Shown: positions 38,660 through 49,107, numbered from the stretch's first letter. The stretch: DNA of 64,000 nt from Candidatus Moraniibacteriota bacterium (GCA_016182385.1 JACPGV010000002.1:253190-317189), one strand, 5' to 3'. Notes: a model not told the origin generated them from the letters alone. Program-made: numbers and translations.

Positions 38660-40363
38660 ATGATGAATTGGAATTATAGGATAGCGAACGTCGACGCATG
38701 CGAAAAAAAAAGTTCATACCATCCCGTTCTTTCCGCCTTGCTTGCCGATCGCGGTTGTGTGACTGATGAAGAGAGTGAACGTTTTCTGTTTCCTCAATTT
38801 GATCGTGATATACACGATCCTTTCTTGTTTCATTTTATGGAACGAGTAGTGAAGCGTCTCGGAGAGGCGAGGAAACACGGTGAAACAATAGGTATTTTCG
38901 GTGACTATGATGCCGATGGCGTGACAGCTTCCGTCATAATGCGTGAAGCTTTGACCGCGCTTGGTATAGCGGTGGTGGTGTACATTCCGGAAAAGCTCTC
39001 CGAAGGGCACGGCTTAAATATGAAGGCGGTTAATTTTTTTGTTGAGCAAAATATTGGTCTCATAGTAACGCTTGACTGTGGAATGACCAATCATGATGAA
39101 ATTGATAGTGCCAAAAAACAAGGGGTGGATGTGATTATTATCGATCATCATCACACGCCGGAGATTCTACCGAACGCGTATGCCATTATCAATCCTAAAC
39201 TACCCGGTGAGACTTATCCTTTTTCTGATTTGTGTGGAGCGGGAACGGCTTTCAAAGTGGCGCAAGCTTTGTATCGACGTTTTTTACCGGAAAAAATAGA
39301 TCAATTAAAGTGGATACTTGATGTGGTGGCCATCGGTACGGTGGCTGATGTTATGCCACTGATCGGTGAAAATCGCGTGTTGGTGAAGTATGGTCTCATC
39401 GTTCTTTCTAAAACAAGACGTACTGGACTACAACAGTTGTTTGCCGTGGCCGGTATACGCATTGACGAGAATAACAAACCGGACGCGCGGATGATAGGTT
39501 TTCAAATTGCTCCTCGTATTAATGCCGCTTCGCGGATGGCTCATGCTATGCTCGCGCATGAGTTGCTTATGGAGGAAGATCCGGCGCATGCCAGAGTGCT
39601 TGCTTTAGAGCTTGACGCTCATAATGTCGCTCGACAAAAAACGAGCACCTTGATTACCGAACAGGTGCGTGCCATTGTTAAGGAGCGGTACGAGAACAAA
39701 AAGTTTATTTTTGCTGTTGAAAAACATTTCCCCTTTGGGATAGTCGGACTTATTGCCGGTCGTATCGCTCATGAGTTTCATAAACCGACGTGTGTTTTGA
39801 CGAAAGGAAAAGAGACAAGTCAGGGATCATTTCGCAGCATACCGGAACTTGATATTATATCCCTTATAAATCAGTGTGGCGATCTTTTAGAAAAATTCGG
39901 TGGACACGCGCAGGCGGCTGGTATGACCATTCGCAATGATCGATTGGATACTTTTTATGAACGTTTTAATGCTTTGGTTGAAGAAAAACTAAAAAATATT
40001 ATAACTGAACCGAAATTTATCATTGACGTTCGAATACAGCCCGAACATATAACGCCGGAGCTTGTTCGTGGCATGGAACTTTTGGCGCCTTTTGGTGAGG
40101 GTAATCCAGAACCGGTTTTTTCTCTTGCGCGTATGCGGGTAAAAGAAGCCCGTCTTGTCGGAAATGGTCAAAAACATTTGAAAATGTGTTTGACAAACCA
40201 GGAGGGAACGAGACAGTATGACGCGATTGGTTTTTCTCTTGGAGAGAGGGCTTCGTCTTTGACCGTTGATACCTTGCTTGACGCGGCGTTTCAGTTGAGT
40301 GAAAATACCTGGAACGGCAATACAACCGTTCAGTTAAAACTTCTTGACATGAGAGTTCTTTGA
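38660..40363 (+). CDS. recJ: Single-stranded-DNA-specific exonuclease RecJ
   Basis: GDYDADG, TLDCG, IDHH, INP, GTVADV, PRINAA and GGHAQAAG. Confidence 0.96.
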   Translation: MMNWNYRIANVDACEKKSSYHPVLSALLADRGCVTDEESERFLFPQFDRDIHDPFLFHFMERVVKRLGEARKHGETIGIFGDYDADGVTASVIMREALTALGIAVVVYIPEKLSEGHGLNMKAVNFFVEQNIGLIVTLDCGMTNHDEIDSAKKQGVDVIIIDHHHTPEILPNAYAIINPKLPGETYPFSDLCGAGTAFKVAQALYRRFLPEKIDQLKWILDVVAIGTVADVMPLIGENRVLVKYGLIVLSKTRRTGLQQLFAVAGIRIDENNKPDARMIGFQIAPRINAASRMAHAMLAHELLMEEDPAHARVLALELDAHNVARQKTSTLITEQVRAIVKERYENKKFIFAVEKHFPFGIVGLIAGRIAHEFHKPTCVLTKGKETSQGSFRSIPELDIISLINQCGDLLEKFGGHAQAAGMTIRNDRLDTFYERFNALVEEKLKNIITEPKFIIDVRIQPEHITPELVRGMELLAPFGEGNPEPVFSLARMRVKEARLVGNGQKHLKMCLTNQEGTRQYDAIGFSLGERASSLTVDTLLDAAFQLSENTWNGNTTVQLKLLDMRVL

Positions 40364-40375
40364 AAGGAGAACAAA

Positions 40376-40732
40376 ATGGAGTATAAGGAAGGGCAGCTTG
40401 TTTGTGCGCTTGTACCTCGCGCATGGCATGGATCTCCCGAGAAATGGTATTTCGCCAAGGTTTTCAAAATATGTTCTGATCCAAAAAAGATAGGCTTGGT
40501 AGAAGTATATTTGTACCGTTTTGTCGAACAGGCGTCTCACGACCCGACGAATCGTTTCGAGGGACTTTATCCCGGTGTAGAATTTGGTCGGGAGACGGTT
40601 ATGCTCGCTCGTTTAGCGGCCGGTATGTTTCCGAAAGAAGAGGACTGCCAGGGTCAGCGTATTACGGTACGATTGACAGATATTTGTCCGGCGACGCAGG
40701 AGCATTTTTTGAAGCGGATTTTGTTACGCTGA
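40376..40732 (+). CDS. Hypothetical protein
   Basis: 118-aa ORF with a strong AAGGAG RBS; no recognisable motif. Confidence 0.55.
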   Translation: MEYKEGQLVCALVPRAWHGSPEKWYFAKVFKICSDPKKIGLVEVYLYRFVEQASHDPTNRFEGLYPGVEFGRETVMLARLAAGMFPKEEDCQGQRITVRLTDICPATQEHFLKRILLR

Positions 40733-40827
40733 GGAGCTTAAAAAACAATTTAGGCTCTTTTTTATTGGATAAAAAGAAAAAAACATGATATTCTCGAGAG
40801 AGATGTTGGTGATATTAATGAGATGAT

Positions 40828-41256
40828 ATGGAAACGATCGTCATGTATAGTGACGGTGGCTCACGGGGAAATCCCGGACCGGCGGCACTGGGAGTGTATA
40901 TTGAGACACTTGAAAAACGTTACGGAGAATTTCTCGGAACGAAAACGAACAATGAGGCTGAATACGCCGCGATTGTTTTTGGTCTCAAAAAAATAAAATC
41001 TTTGATTGGTAAAGAACGGGCAAAACAAACAATGGTGGAGTGTCGAATGGATAGCGAGCTTGCTTGTCGGCAACTGAATCATGAATATAAGATAGAAAAT
41101 GAGAAGCTCCAACCACTTTTTTTGACAGCATGGAACTTGATGCTTGATTTTTATGAAGTGCGCTTTATTCATGTGCCGCGCGAACAAAATACTGTCGCCG
41201 ATGTGGAGGCCAATAAGGCTATGGATGAAGAGTATAAGAAAAGAGGAATGTTGTGA
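40828..41256 (+). CDS. rnhA: Ribonuclease HI family protein
   Basis: YSDGGSRGNPGPA, TNNEAEY, MDSEL and HVPREQN..AD..AN. Confidence 0.92.
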   Translation: METIVMYSDGGSRGNPGPAALGVYIETLEKRYGEFLGTKTNNEAEYAAIVFGLKKIKSLIGKERAKQTMVECRMDSELACRQLNHEYKIENEKLQPLFLTAWNLMLDFYEVRFIHVPREQNTVADVEANKAMDEEYKKRGML

Positions 41257-41265
41257 TTATTTAAA

Positions 41266-42261
41266 ATGTTTACGAAAAAAACCGTTATTATTGTTATTTT
41301 ATTGCTCGTCATGATTGTCGGGTGGTTTGTGTTTCGTTCGGGAAAAGAGGAAGAAACAGTACAAACAGAAACGGTGAAACGCGATACGGTAGTGGAAACG
41401 GTAAGTATCAGCGGGGAATTTGTTCCTCAAAAATATGCCGACATAGCATTTGCTGGTATAGGAACGTTAGAAAATATTTTTGTGCAAGAAGGGGAAGTTG
41501 TAGAAAAGGGAGATATTTTAGCGACACTTGATCGATCGGTGATTCGTTCACAGCTAGCGGATGCTCGTATAGCTTTGGCTATTGTTGTAGAAAATGAAAA
41601 ATTAGCGCGGCGTGACTGGAATGATTTAAAACCAGAAGAACGCGCCGCTAAGAAGCTTGCGAGTGAACAGGCACGAGAAAAAGTACGTACAATTGAAGCG
41701 CAATTGAGAGAAAGCGTTTTGCATGCGCCATTTTCCGGACAGGTATCAAAAATTGATATGCGAGCGAATGAAATTGCTGGCGCGGGGAAGCGAGTACTCC
41801 GTCTTGTAGAAGGAAATGATTTTGTTATTGAAGCGCGCGTTCCGGAATCGGATATTGTTAAAGTAGTGACGGGTATGGGCGCGAAGGTGACCTTTGATGC
41901 TCTTTCTTCAGACGATATATTTCAAGCAGAGGTCATTGAAATTGATCCTTCGGCAACGGTGGTACAAGACGTTGTTTCTTATGTGGTGACATTTCGTCTT
42001 ATTCAGAATGATGAGCGTCTCAAAGAAGGAATGACGGCTGACATAGATATCGAGACCGTCAAAAAAGAAAATGTTCTCTCTGTGCCATTTCGGGCGCTTG
42101 CCAAAGAAAAAGGTGTGTATTATGTGGAGGTGAAGCAGGGTGAGGAATTCGTGCGTGTACCGGTAACAATCGGTCTTGAGGGCGATGAAGGTCTTGTGGA
42201 GATAACGAGCGGGCTACAAGAAGGTGATATGGTCACTATCGGTGCCAAGCAAAAGAAGTAG
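41266..42261 (+). CDS. Periplasmic adaptor / membrane fusion protein (MacA-like)
   Basis: TM anchor, VQEGEVVEKGDILATLD, APFSG, LKEGMTA and VEITSGLQEGD. Confidence 0.9.
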   Translation: MFTKKTVIIVILLLVMIVGWFVFRSGKEEETVQTETVKRDTVVETVSISGEFVPQKYADIAFAGIGTLENIFVQEGEVVEKGDILATLDRSVIRSQLADARIALAIVVENEKLARRDWNDLKPEERAAKKLASEQAREKVRTIEAQLRESVLHAPFSGQVSKIDMRANEIAGAGKRVLRLVEGNDFVIEARVPESDIVKVVTGMGAKVTFDALSSDDIFQAEVIEIDPSATVVQDVVSYVVTFRLIQNDERLKEGMTADIDIETVKKENVLSVPFRALAKEKGVYYVEVKQGEEFVRVPVTIGLEGDEGLVEITSGLQEGDMVTIGAKQKK

Positions 42262-42263
42262 GT

Positions 42264-42986
42264 ATGTCTCTTATTGTCGCAGAACATCTTTCCAAAGTGT
42301 ATGACAACGATGGTGTAAAAACACGCGCCCTTGACGACGCTACTTTTAGAATTGAAAAAGGAGAATTTGTTTCTATTATGGGACCGTCCGGGTCTGGCAA
42401 ATCAACGCTTATGCAAGTGCTGGGATTGCTTGATCGGGCGACTGATGGGGTATATACCCTTGAAGGAAAAGACATCAGTCAGTTTTCTGATGATGAATTG
42501 GCGATATTACGTAACAAGAAGATCGGTTTTGTCTTTCAAGCGTTCAATCTTCTCCCAAAGACAACGGTGTACGAAAATGTTGAGTTGCCGCTTTTGTATG
42601 ATGATCTTGTAATGGAAGATAATGATAGTCGGGTGAAAGCGGCACTTGAGGCTGTCAGTATGTCACATCGTATCAAATATTTTTCTAATCAGCTTTCTGG
42701 TGGTGAAAAACAACGTGTGGCCATCGCGCGCGCCTTGGTAAATGATCCGGAAATTATTTTTGCTGATGAGCCGACCGGCAATCTTGACTCCAAATCTGGA
42801 TTGCAGGTGATGCGTATTCTTCAAAATCTCAATGAGGCCGGCCGAACTATTATTTTGGTGACACATGAAACGTATACGGCCGAGCACGCCAAAAGAATTT
42901 TACGCATGAAAGACGGGCGTATTGTGGGCGATGAAAGAGTCGCTGCTCGCCGCTTTGCCTCCGCCGAACACCATCTCTTAAAATAA
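42264..42986 (+). CDS. ABC transporter ATP-binding protein (MacB/LolD type)
   Basis: [33 protein letters not shown] and ADEPTGNLD. Confidence 0.93.
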   Translation: MSLIVAEHLSKVYDNDGVKTRALDDATFRIEKGEFVSIMGPSGSGKSTLMQVLGLLDRATDGVYTLEGKDISQFSDDELAILRNKKIGFVFQAFNLLPKTTVYENVELPLLYDDLVMEDNDSRVKAALEAVSMSHRIKYFSNQLSGGEKQRVAIARALVNDPEIIFADEPTGNLDSKSGLQVMRILQNLNEAGRTIILVTHETYTAEHAKRILRMKDGRIVGDERVAARRFASAEHHLLK

Positions 42987-42989
42987 CCA

Positions 42990-43010
42990 CTTAGAGGCTA
43001 AACCTCCAAG
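42990..43010. repeat. REP-like 21-bp imperfect hairpin, copy 1
   Basis: CTTAGAGGCTAAACCTCCAAG, the exact reverse complement of copies 2 and 3. Confidence 0.9.
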
Positions 43011-43050
43011 TGCGCACATTACGGATCTATGGTAAAAATGAAAAAAACAT

Positions 43051-43719
43051 ATGAGAAAAACATCATTTGTCAATAACGGGATTTACCATATTTATAATCG
43101 TGGTATAGACAAGAGAGCGATAATCATGGATCGTGATGATGCAAAGAGATTTTTTCAGAGTATGGTTGAATTTAATACGATTAATCCAATAGGAAGTATT
43201 TTTCAGAATTCTTTCCGTAAGCAGAAGAAAAAACTTGGAGGTTTAGCCTCTAAGGAGGACTTTGAAGAGGGTAAAAAACTTGTTGATATTATTTGTTATT
43301 GTGTTAACGTAAATCATTTTCATTTTATATTAAGACAGGTAGAAACGAGGGGGATTGAAAAGTTTATGCAGCGTCTTGGCACGGGATATACGATGTATTT
43401 TAATGAGCGATACGAGAGAAGTGGCTCCTTGTTTCAAGGAACATTTAAATCAATTTTTGTTGGAACTAACGAATATCTTCTGCGTTTAAGTGCTTATGTA
43501 AATTTGAATTTCCGTGTTCATGGATACGATAAGGATGCAATGCTACTCATTCATTCCAGTTGGGATGAGTATATTGGTAAGAGTAAAGAAAAGTATTGCG
43601 AAAAAGATGATGTGCTCGGGCAATTTCGTAAAAAAGAAGATTATGTAGACTTTGCAAAGGATGCATTGGTTGGGATTCTTGAAAGGAAACAGTTAGCGAA
43701 AGATTTGTTGATGGAATAA
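43051..43719 (+). CDS. REP-associated tyrosine transposase (Y1/HUH, RAYT-like)
   Basis: YHIYNRG, YCVNVNHFHFIL (HUH), YTMYFNERYERSGSLFQGTFKS, SAYVNLN (catalytic Tyr) and HSSW. Confidence 0.9.
   Translation: MRKTSFVNNGIYHIYNRGIDKRAIIMDRDDAKRFFQSMVEFNTINPIGSIFQNSFRKQKKKLGGLASKEDFEEGKKLVDIICYCVNVNHFHFILRQVETRGIEKFMQRLGTGYTMYFNERYERSGSLFQGTFKSIFVGTNEYLLRLSAYVNLNFRVHGYDKDAMLLIHSSWDEYIGKSKEKYCEKDDVLGQFRKKEDYVDFAKDALVGILERKQLAKDLLME
43234..43254. repeat. REP-like hairpin, copy 2 (inside the transposase CDS)
   Basis: CTTGGAGGTTTAGCCTCTAAG, translated in frame as LGGLASK. Confidence 0.9.
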
Positions 43720-43723
43720 AATC

Positions 43724-43744
43724 CTTGGAGGTTTAGCCTCTAAG
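43724..43744. repeat. REP-like hairpin, copy 3
   Basis: CTTGGAGGTTTAGCCTCTAAG, 4 nt after the transposase stop codon. Confidence 0.9.
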
Positions 43745-43760
43745 TAATGGAGTTGAAAGT

Positions 43761-45002
43761 ATGAAAATATCTGATCCGATAAAAATTTCTTATCGTTCCC
43801 TCACGGCTTCTAAAATGCGGTTTTTTCTCACGGTGCTGGGTATCGTGATCGGTGTCGCGGCGGTTATTATGGTGATGGCTATTGGTGCAAGCGCTCAACA
43901 ATTGGTATTGGCGCAAGTTGAAAAAGTTGGATCACATCTTATTGGTATTTTACCGGGCGCTTCAGAGGAGGACGGTCCGCCGGCCGCTGCTTTTGGTGTT
44001 GTTACGACAACTTTCATTAACGATGATCTGAAAGCGCTTCGCGAACGACGCAATATTCCTCATTTGGTAGCGATTTCTGGTTATGTTTCTGGATCAGCGA
44101 CTATTGAATCGGGTGCGGAATCTTTGGAAGTGAGCTATCAAGGCGTTTCTCCGGATATGATTGAGGTGGAATCGATTGAGGTAGCAGAGGGACGATTCTT
44201 TTTTCCTGAAGAAGAATCAAATTTGGCACGAGTAATTGTTCTTGGCGCGATTCGTGCTAAAGAATTTTTTCCTGATCGTAATCCGATCGGAGAAACGGTC
44301 AAAGTGAAAGATATTCCTTTTCGAGTCGTTGGTGTTTTGAAGGAGCGTGGTTCAACGGCGTTTTCCAACCCTGATACGCTTGTCTTTGTGCCGCTTGAGA
44401 CAGCGCAAAAGCTTTTGCTTGGTATTGATTATCTTAATTTTGCCCGCGGAAAAGTTGATACATCGGAAAACGTTGATCGCACAGTAGAAGACATCAATAT
44501 TCTTTTGCGCGATCGACACGATATTGAGGAAGGAGAAGAAGCAGATTTTTCTGTTCGTAACACAGCGTCGGCACTGGAAGTACTGACGCGTATCACTAAT
44601 ATTTTGAAATATTTTTTGACGGCTATCGCGTCTATTTCGCTTGTGGTGGGCGGCGTGGGAATTATGAACTCCATGCTTATTGCTGTTTCTCAGCGGATAC
44701 GAGAGATCGGTTTGCGCAAAGCTGTCGGTGCGCGACCACAACACATCCTGACACAGTTTCTTATTGAATCTTCCTTTGTGACACTCTTGGGAGGGTTCTT
44801 GGGCATAGTACTCGGTATCACGCTTTCTTTTTTGGCGGCAGTCATTATTCCGCGATTGGGATATGAATGGGAATTTATTGTGCCGATCTCGTCTCTTGGC
44901 ATCGGTTTTGGTGTTTCATTTGCTATTGGCATCGTGTTTGGTTTGTATCCCGCCTTTACCGCGGCTAAAGTGAGTCCTATGGAAGCTCTTCGTTATGAAT
45001 AA
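43761..45002 (+). CDS. ABC transporter permease (MacB/FtsX family)
   Basis: RFFLTVLGIVIGVAAV, SLVVGGVGIMN..RIREIGLRKAVGA and PMEALRYE. Confidence 0.93.
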   Translation: MKISDPIKISYRSLTASKMRFFLTVLGIVIGVAAVIMVMAIGASAQQLVLAQVEKVGSHLIGILPGASEEDGPPAAAFGVVTTTFINDDLKALRERRNIPHLVAISGYVSGSATIESGAESLEVSYQGVSPDMIEVESIEVAEGRFFFPEEESNLARVIVLGAIRAKEFFPDRNPIGETVKVKDIPFRVVGVLKERGSTAFSNPDTLVFVPLETAQKLLLGIDYLNFARGKVDTSENVDRTVEDINILLRDRHDIEEGEEADFSVRNTASALEVLTRITNILKYFLTAIASISLVVGGVGIMNSMLIAVSQRIREIGLRKAVGARPQHILTQFLIESSFVTLLGGFLGIVLGITLSFLAAVIIPRLGYEWEFIVPISSLGIGFGVSFAIGIVFGLYPAFTAAKVSPMEALRYE

Positions 45003-46260
45003 TATCATCAAGAAAAAATACACGGCGTTTCTTTTTGCCGTACGCACCATCCGTACTCATAAGGTTCGAACGACTTTGGCGTTGCTTGGTGTGGTCATTG
45101 GCGTGTTTGCTGTCGTTGTGGTGACGGCGCTTGGAGATGGTGTCAAAGGTTATATTTTGGGCCAAGTGGAGAGTTTTGGTTCCAGTCTTATTCAGGTAGA
45201 AGTGAAGGTACCTAATACCGGTACGATGTCGAGCGAAAATGCCTCGGGACGTACGCAAGGAACACAAATTACAACCCTCGTTCTTGATGATCGTGAGGCG
45301 ATAGGAAAATTACCCAACGTAGAGGCGACCTACGCCGGAACTATTGGTCAAGAAAAAGCTTCTTTTGGCTCTGTCAACAAACGAATATTGCTTTTTGGTG
45401 TCAGTGCCGATGCGCCGCGCGTTGATGAGAGACTGACATTACAGGCGGGCAGATTTTTTACTGATGATGAGGATGATAACATGGATCGCGTGGCGGTTTT
45501 GGGTGCGGAAATTAAAGAAAAATTTTTTGGTCTAGGGAATGCTTTGGGAGAGACTATAACGATCAAGGGAGAAAAATATCGTGTGATTGGTGTTGTAGAA
45601 CCACGTGGAACAGTGGCCTTTTTCAATCTTGATTCTATGGTATACGTGCCCGTACAGACATTATTGACCAATATTCTCGGTATCGACTATGTGCAGATGA
45701 TATCCGTCAAAATGAGTGACGGCACAAAGGATAAGGAGACTGTTGCCGACATGGTTGCTTTGCTGCGAATGCGACATGATATCGATGACCCTCAAAAAGA
45801 TGATTTTGCTGTGACATCGACGAAAGAAGCGCAAGAAACTCTTGCTGATGTATTGGGGGCGGTGAGCATTCTTTTGCTTGCTCTTACTTCTATTTCGCTG
45901 GTGGTGGGTGGCGTGGGAATTATGAACGTGATGTATGTTTCGGTTGCCGAGCGAACCAGTGAAATTGGTTTACGCAAAGCTCTCGGCGCCAGATCGGGGA
46001 ATATTTTGGCCCAATTTTTGACTGAAGCGATGATCATTACCGGTATAGGAGGGATAGTAGGAATTCTTCTTGGGGTTGTCGTCGTCATTTTATTGACGAA
46101 TATTTTTATTTCTTTTGGATTTGACGTGCGACTTTCTTTTAGCGCCCGGTCTCTTTTTCTTGGCGCCGGTTTTTCCATGGCGGTGGGATTGTTGTTTGGT
46201 ATTGCTCCGGCGCTCAAGGCCGCGCGACTTTCACCTATGGAGGCATTACGACGTGATTAA
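44995..46260 (+). CDS. ABC transporter permease (MacB/FtsX family)
   Basis: LGVVIGV, SLVVGGVGIMNVMYVSVAERTSEIGLRKALGA and PMEALR. Confidence 0.93.
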   Translation: MNNIIKKKYTAFLFAVRTIRTHKVRTTLALLGVVIGVFAVVVVTALGDGVKGYILGQVESFGSSLIQVEVKVPNTGTMSSENASGRTQGTQITTLVLDDREAIGKLPNVEATYAGTIGQEKASFGSVNKRILLFGVSADAPRVDERLTLQAGRFFTDDEDDNMDRVAVLGAEIKEKFFGLGNALGETITIKGEKYRVIGVVEPRGTVAFFNLDSMVYVPVQTLLTNILGIDYVQMISVKMSDGTKDKETVADMVALLRMRHDIDDPQKDDFAVTSTKEAQETLADVLGAVSILLLALTSISLVVGGVGIMNVMYVSVAERTSEIGLRKALGARSGNILAQFLTEAMIITGIGGIVGILLGVVVVILLTNIFISFGFDVRLSFSARSLFLGAGFSMAVGLLFGIAPALKAARLSPMEALRRD

Positions 46261-48398
46261 TTTTTCGCCTCGTTTGGCTCAACATAGAGTGGTCGAATTT
46301 TTTCAAAAAGAATAAGGGGATGTTGTTCGTCTTCATCATCGTCCGATGAAGGATCGAAACCGCCCGTGGAAAACTCATCAATAGAATATTTTTCTACACG
46401 ATCCTTTTTTAGTTTTTTTGCCTCCTTCTTAGAAATCTCTTTTCCTGTTTTTTTATCAAAATAAATAGTTTTTCCGTTTCCGAGTTTGATTTGAAGTTGT
46501 AAAGAGGGATCGAGGGGCTGATAAGGTGTGAATCCGGTTTCCGGAAAATGGACAAGAGCGGTATTCATAAATGCTCGCCAAATGGGAGCGGCGACATAAA
46601 TACCATCAGACCCTGTTTTCATGGGTTGGTTATCATTATTACCGACCCATACGGCAACCGCTATTGATGGTGTATAGCCGACAGTCCAAGCATCACGAAA
46701 ATTTTGTGTTGTTCCGGTTTTGGCGGCAACGGTGACGCCTCCTTTGAAAGCAAGAGGGCTATTCGATCCAAAGGTAGGTATACGGGCAACGTTATCGGAG
46801 AGTATGGAATTTATTTTGCGCGCAATTTCCGGATCAAGCACGCGGACAGTATCGGTATCCTCAAAGACGGTTTCATTGTTCTGGCGATCGGTAATTTTTA
46901 TTATAGGTTTGATTGGGTGACGCATACCTTCTTGCGAAAAAACGGAAAAAGCGCTGGCCATATCGATTGGCTTGACTTCCGCTCCGCCCAAGACCAAGGC
47001 GAGTCCATAACGGTGGGGATCGGTAAGTGTGGTGATACCCATACGCGTAGCGAGCGCAATCGTGTCAGTGACGCCAGCAAGGGCAACTGTTTGTACGGCG
47101 GGAATATTGAGCGACATGGAAAGGGATTGACGCATCGTGAGTAGACCATGGAAACGGCCGTCGTAGTTATTGGGAATATAATGTTCCCCACTCCCGTCGG
47201 CACCAAAATCCATAGGAATGTCGTACAGCGGTGTTTCTGGTTGGAATCCTTTTTCGAAAGCGGCCGCATACGCGAAAGGTTTGAAGGATGATCCGGGTTG
47301 GCGGGTACGAACGGTAACATTGACATTGCCATCGATTGTTTTGTCAAAGTAGTCCTTGGAACCAACCATGGCGAGCACCTCACCGTTTTTGGCGTCGAGC
47401 GCGACCAGTGCCGCGTTGTTGGCTCCGCGGGTGATATTTTTTGCGGCGCCATCACGAACAGCTTTTTCAGCGGCGAGTTGGAGTTCATAATCAAGCGTGG
47501 AAGAGATTTTCAATCCTTCCGTTTGCAATCTTTTTTTGCCGTAGATTTTTGCCAATTCATCGAGAACATAAAAAACAAAGTGGGGGGCGAGAATACGGCG
47601 CTCGAGAGGTTGTACTTTGGCGAGCGTATCACCGTTTATGACGGCGATTGATTCTTCCTCAGAAATGAAATCAAGTTCGGCCATTTTTTGAGCGATGTTG
47701 TGTTGACGATTGATAAGCGCTTCGGTGTTTCCGCCATAGGGTGAAAATCCGCTTGGTGAGTTGGGAAGGGCGGCAAGGAGAATACTTTCATCAAGTGTCA
47801 GTTCATGAGCGCTTTTATGGAAAAAAGTTTGGGCAGCCGCTTCGATACCATAAGCATTGGAACCATACGGTATGGCATTGAGATAGAGATCAAGAATTTG
47901 ATCTTTATCAAAATTGGCGTCTATTTTCACGGCAAGGAAGGCTTCACGAATTTTTCGTTCCCATGAGCGTTGACGATTCAGAAAAAGGCTTCGGGCCAAT
48001 TGTTGGGTGATGGTTGAGGCTCCCTGTTCGATATCCCCACTCACGAGGTTGATTTTGAGAGCTCTTAAAATAGCGAGAGGATCGACGCCGTTGTGAGAAT
48101 AAAAGTGAATATCCTCAGCGGCAATCGTCGCTTGACGGACAGTATTCGGAATGGCATCGTGGGGAATCACAATGCGATTTTCTTCATCATAAAAACGATA
48201 GAGTTCATACGTGCCGGTACGATCATAGAGAATGGAGGTTTCGTTGAGAGAGGCCGTGGATATTTCCTCGACCTCCGGCGTAAGAAAAAAATACGCCCAA
48301 AAAAGCGCTCCCATGAAACAGGCAGCGATGACACTTCCGGAAAAAAGAAACCAGTGTCGGAGAAAAAAATTATTTGTTTTTTGTCGTCTTCGCATCAT
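46257..48398 (-). CDS. Class A penicillin-binding protein (PBP1A family)
   Basis: Transglycosylase motifs AAEDIHF, GASTITQQL and RKIRE; transpeptidase motifs QPGSSFKP, SLN and KTGT. Confidence 0.95.
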   Translation of the reverse strand: MMRRRQKTNNFFLRHWFLFSGSVIAACFMGALFWAYFFLTPEVEEISTASLNETSILYDRTGTYELYRFYDEENRIVIPHDAIPNTVRQATIAAEDIHFYSHNGVDPLAILRALKINLVSGDIEQGASTITQQLARSLFLNRQRSWERKIREAFLAVKIDANFDKDQILDLYLNAIPYGSNAYGIEAAAQTFFHKSAHELTLDESILLAALPNSPSGFSPYGGNTEALINRQHNIAQKMAELDFISEEESIAVINGDTLAKVQPLERRILAPHFVFYVLDELAKIYGKKRLQTEGLKISSTLDYELQLAAEKAVRDGAAKNITRGANNAALVALDAKNGEVLAMVGSKDYFDKTIDGNVNVTVRTRQPGSSFKPFAYAAAFEKGFQPETPLYDIPMDFGADGSGEHYIPNNYDGRFHGLLTMRQSLSMSLNIPAVQTVALAGVTDTIALATRMGITTLTDPHRYGLALVLGGAEVKPIDMASAFSVFSQEGMRHPIKPIIKITDRQNNETVFEDTDTVRVLDPEIARKINSILSDNVARIPTFGSNSPLAFKGGVTVAAKTGTTQNFRDAWTVGYTPSIAVAVWVGNNDNQPMKTGSDGIYVAAPIWRAFMNTALVHFPETGFTPYQPLDPSLQLQIKLGNGKTIYFDKKTGKEISKKEAKKLKKDRVEKYSIDEFSTGGFDPSSDDDEDEQHPLILFEKIRPLYVEPNEAKN

Positions 48399-48495
48399 AA
48401 ATCAATAATAGAACGTTATTGGCAAGTCGTCACTTCTATTTGGTTTTAAGTCTTTTTTGGTGTAATCTGGAAATATCCTTTGTAGCACATATTGT

Positions 48496-49002
48496 ATGAT
48501 ATTGCCAGTCTCACGACCTGTATTCGTTTTTTTGAAGATGATCGGATGTCCGGTGGTTTGGGAGGTTTCGGTCGGTGCCGTTGTTTTTCGTATGGAAGAT
48601 AAAAGACGATTATATCTTCTTCTGCGCTATCCAAGCGGTCATTTTGATTTTGTCAAAGGACATATGGAAGAGGGAGAGACCGAGGAAATAACCCTTCGTC
48701 GGGAAACCATGGAAGAGACGGGTATAGAAGATTTGATTATTTATAAAAAAAGGACGAGTATTCGTTATTTTTATAGAGCGAAAGGAACCGAACGCGAGAA
48801 ACGTTTACGGCAAGGTCGCGGTACGTGGATATTCAAACAAGTGCATTTTTATCCGGCAGAAACAAAAGTGGAAAACGTGCGTATCTCCGAGGAGCATACC
48901 GGTGCGTTATGGTTGCCATATGAAGAAGCATTGGCGCAGGTGACCTTTGAGAATGCTCGGCGCGTTCTTTCCGAAACGGAAAACCATCTTGTTAAAAAGT
49001 GA
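48496..49002 (+). CDS. NUDIX hydrolase (Ap4A hydrolase-like)
   Basis: KGHMEEGETEEITLRRETMEETGI Nudix box and SEEH motif; start could be 48538. Confidence 0.85.
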   Translation: MILPVSRPVFVFLKMIGCPVVWEVSVGAVVFRMEDKRRLYLLLRYPSGHFDFVKGHMEEGETEEITLRRETMEETGIEDLIIYKKRTSIRYFYRAKGTEREKRLRQGRGTWIFKQVHFYPAETKVENVRISEEHTGALWLPYEEALAQVTFENARRVLSETENHLVKK

Positions 49003-49107
49003 ATATTTTCTCAGGTGCTTTACAAAAACTAATTTTTGTAGTATAATTATACACTGGTTGGGCGTGTTTTTTTTGTTTAAAAAATCGATTTTTGGAAAAG
49101 CGTTTTT

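Larger units (their letters stand above)
42990..43744 (+). mobile_element. RAYT/REP module inserted in the MacAB operon
   Basis: HUH transposase bounded by inverted copies of a 21-bp hairpin; it separates the ABC ATPase from its permeases. Confidence 0.75.
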
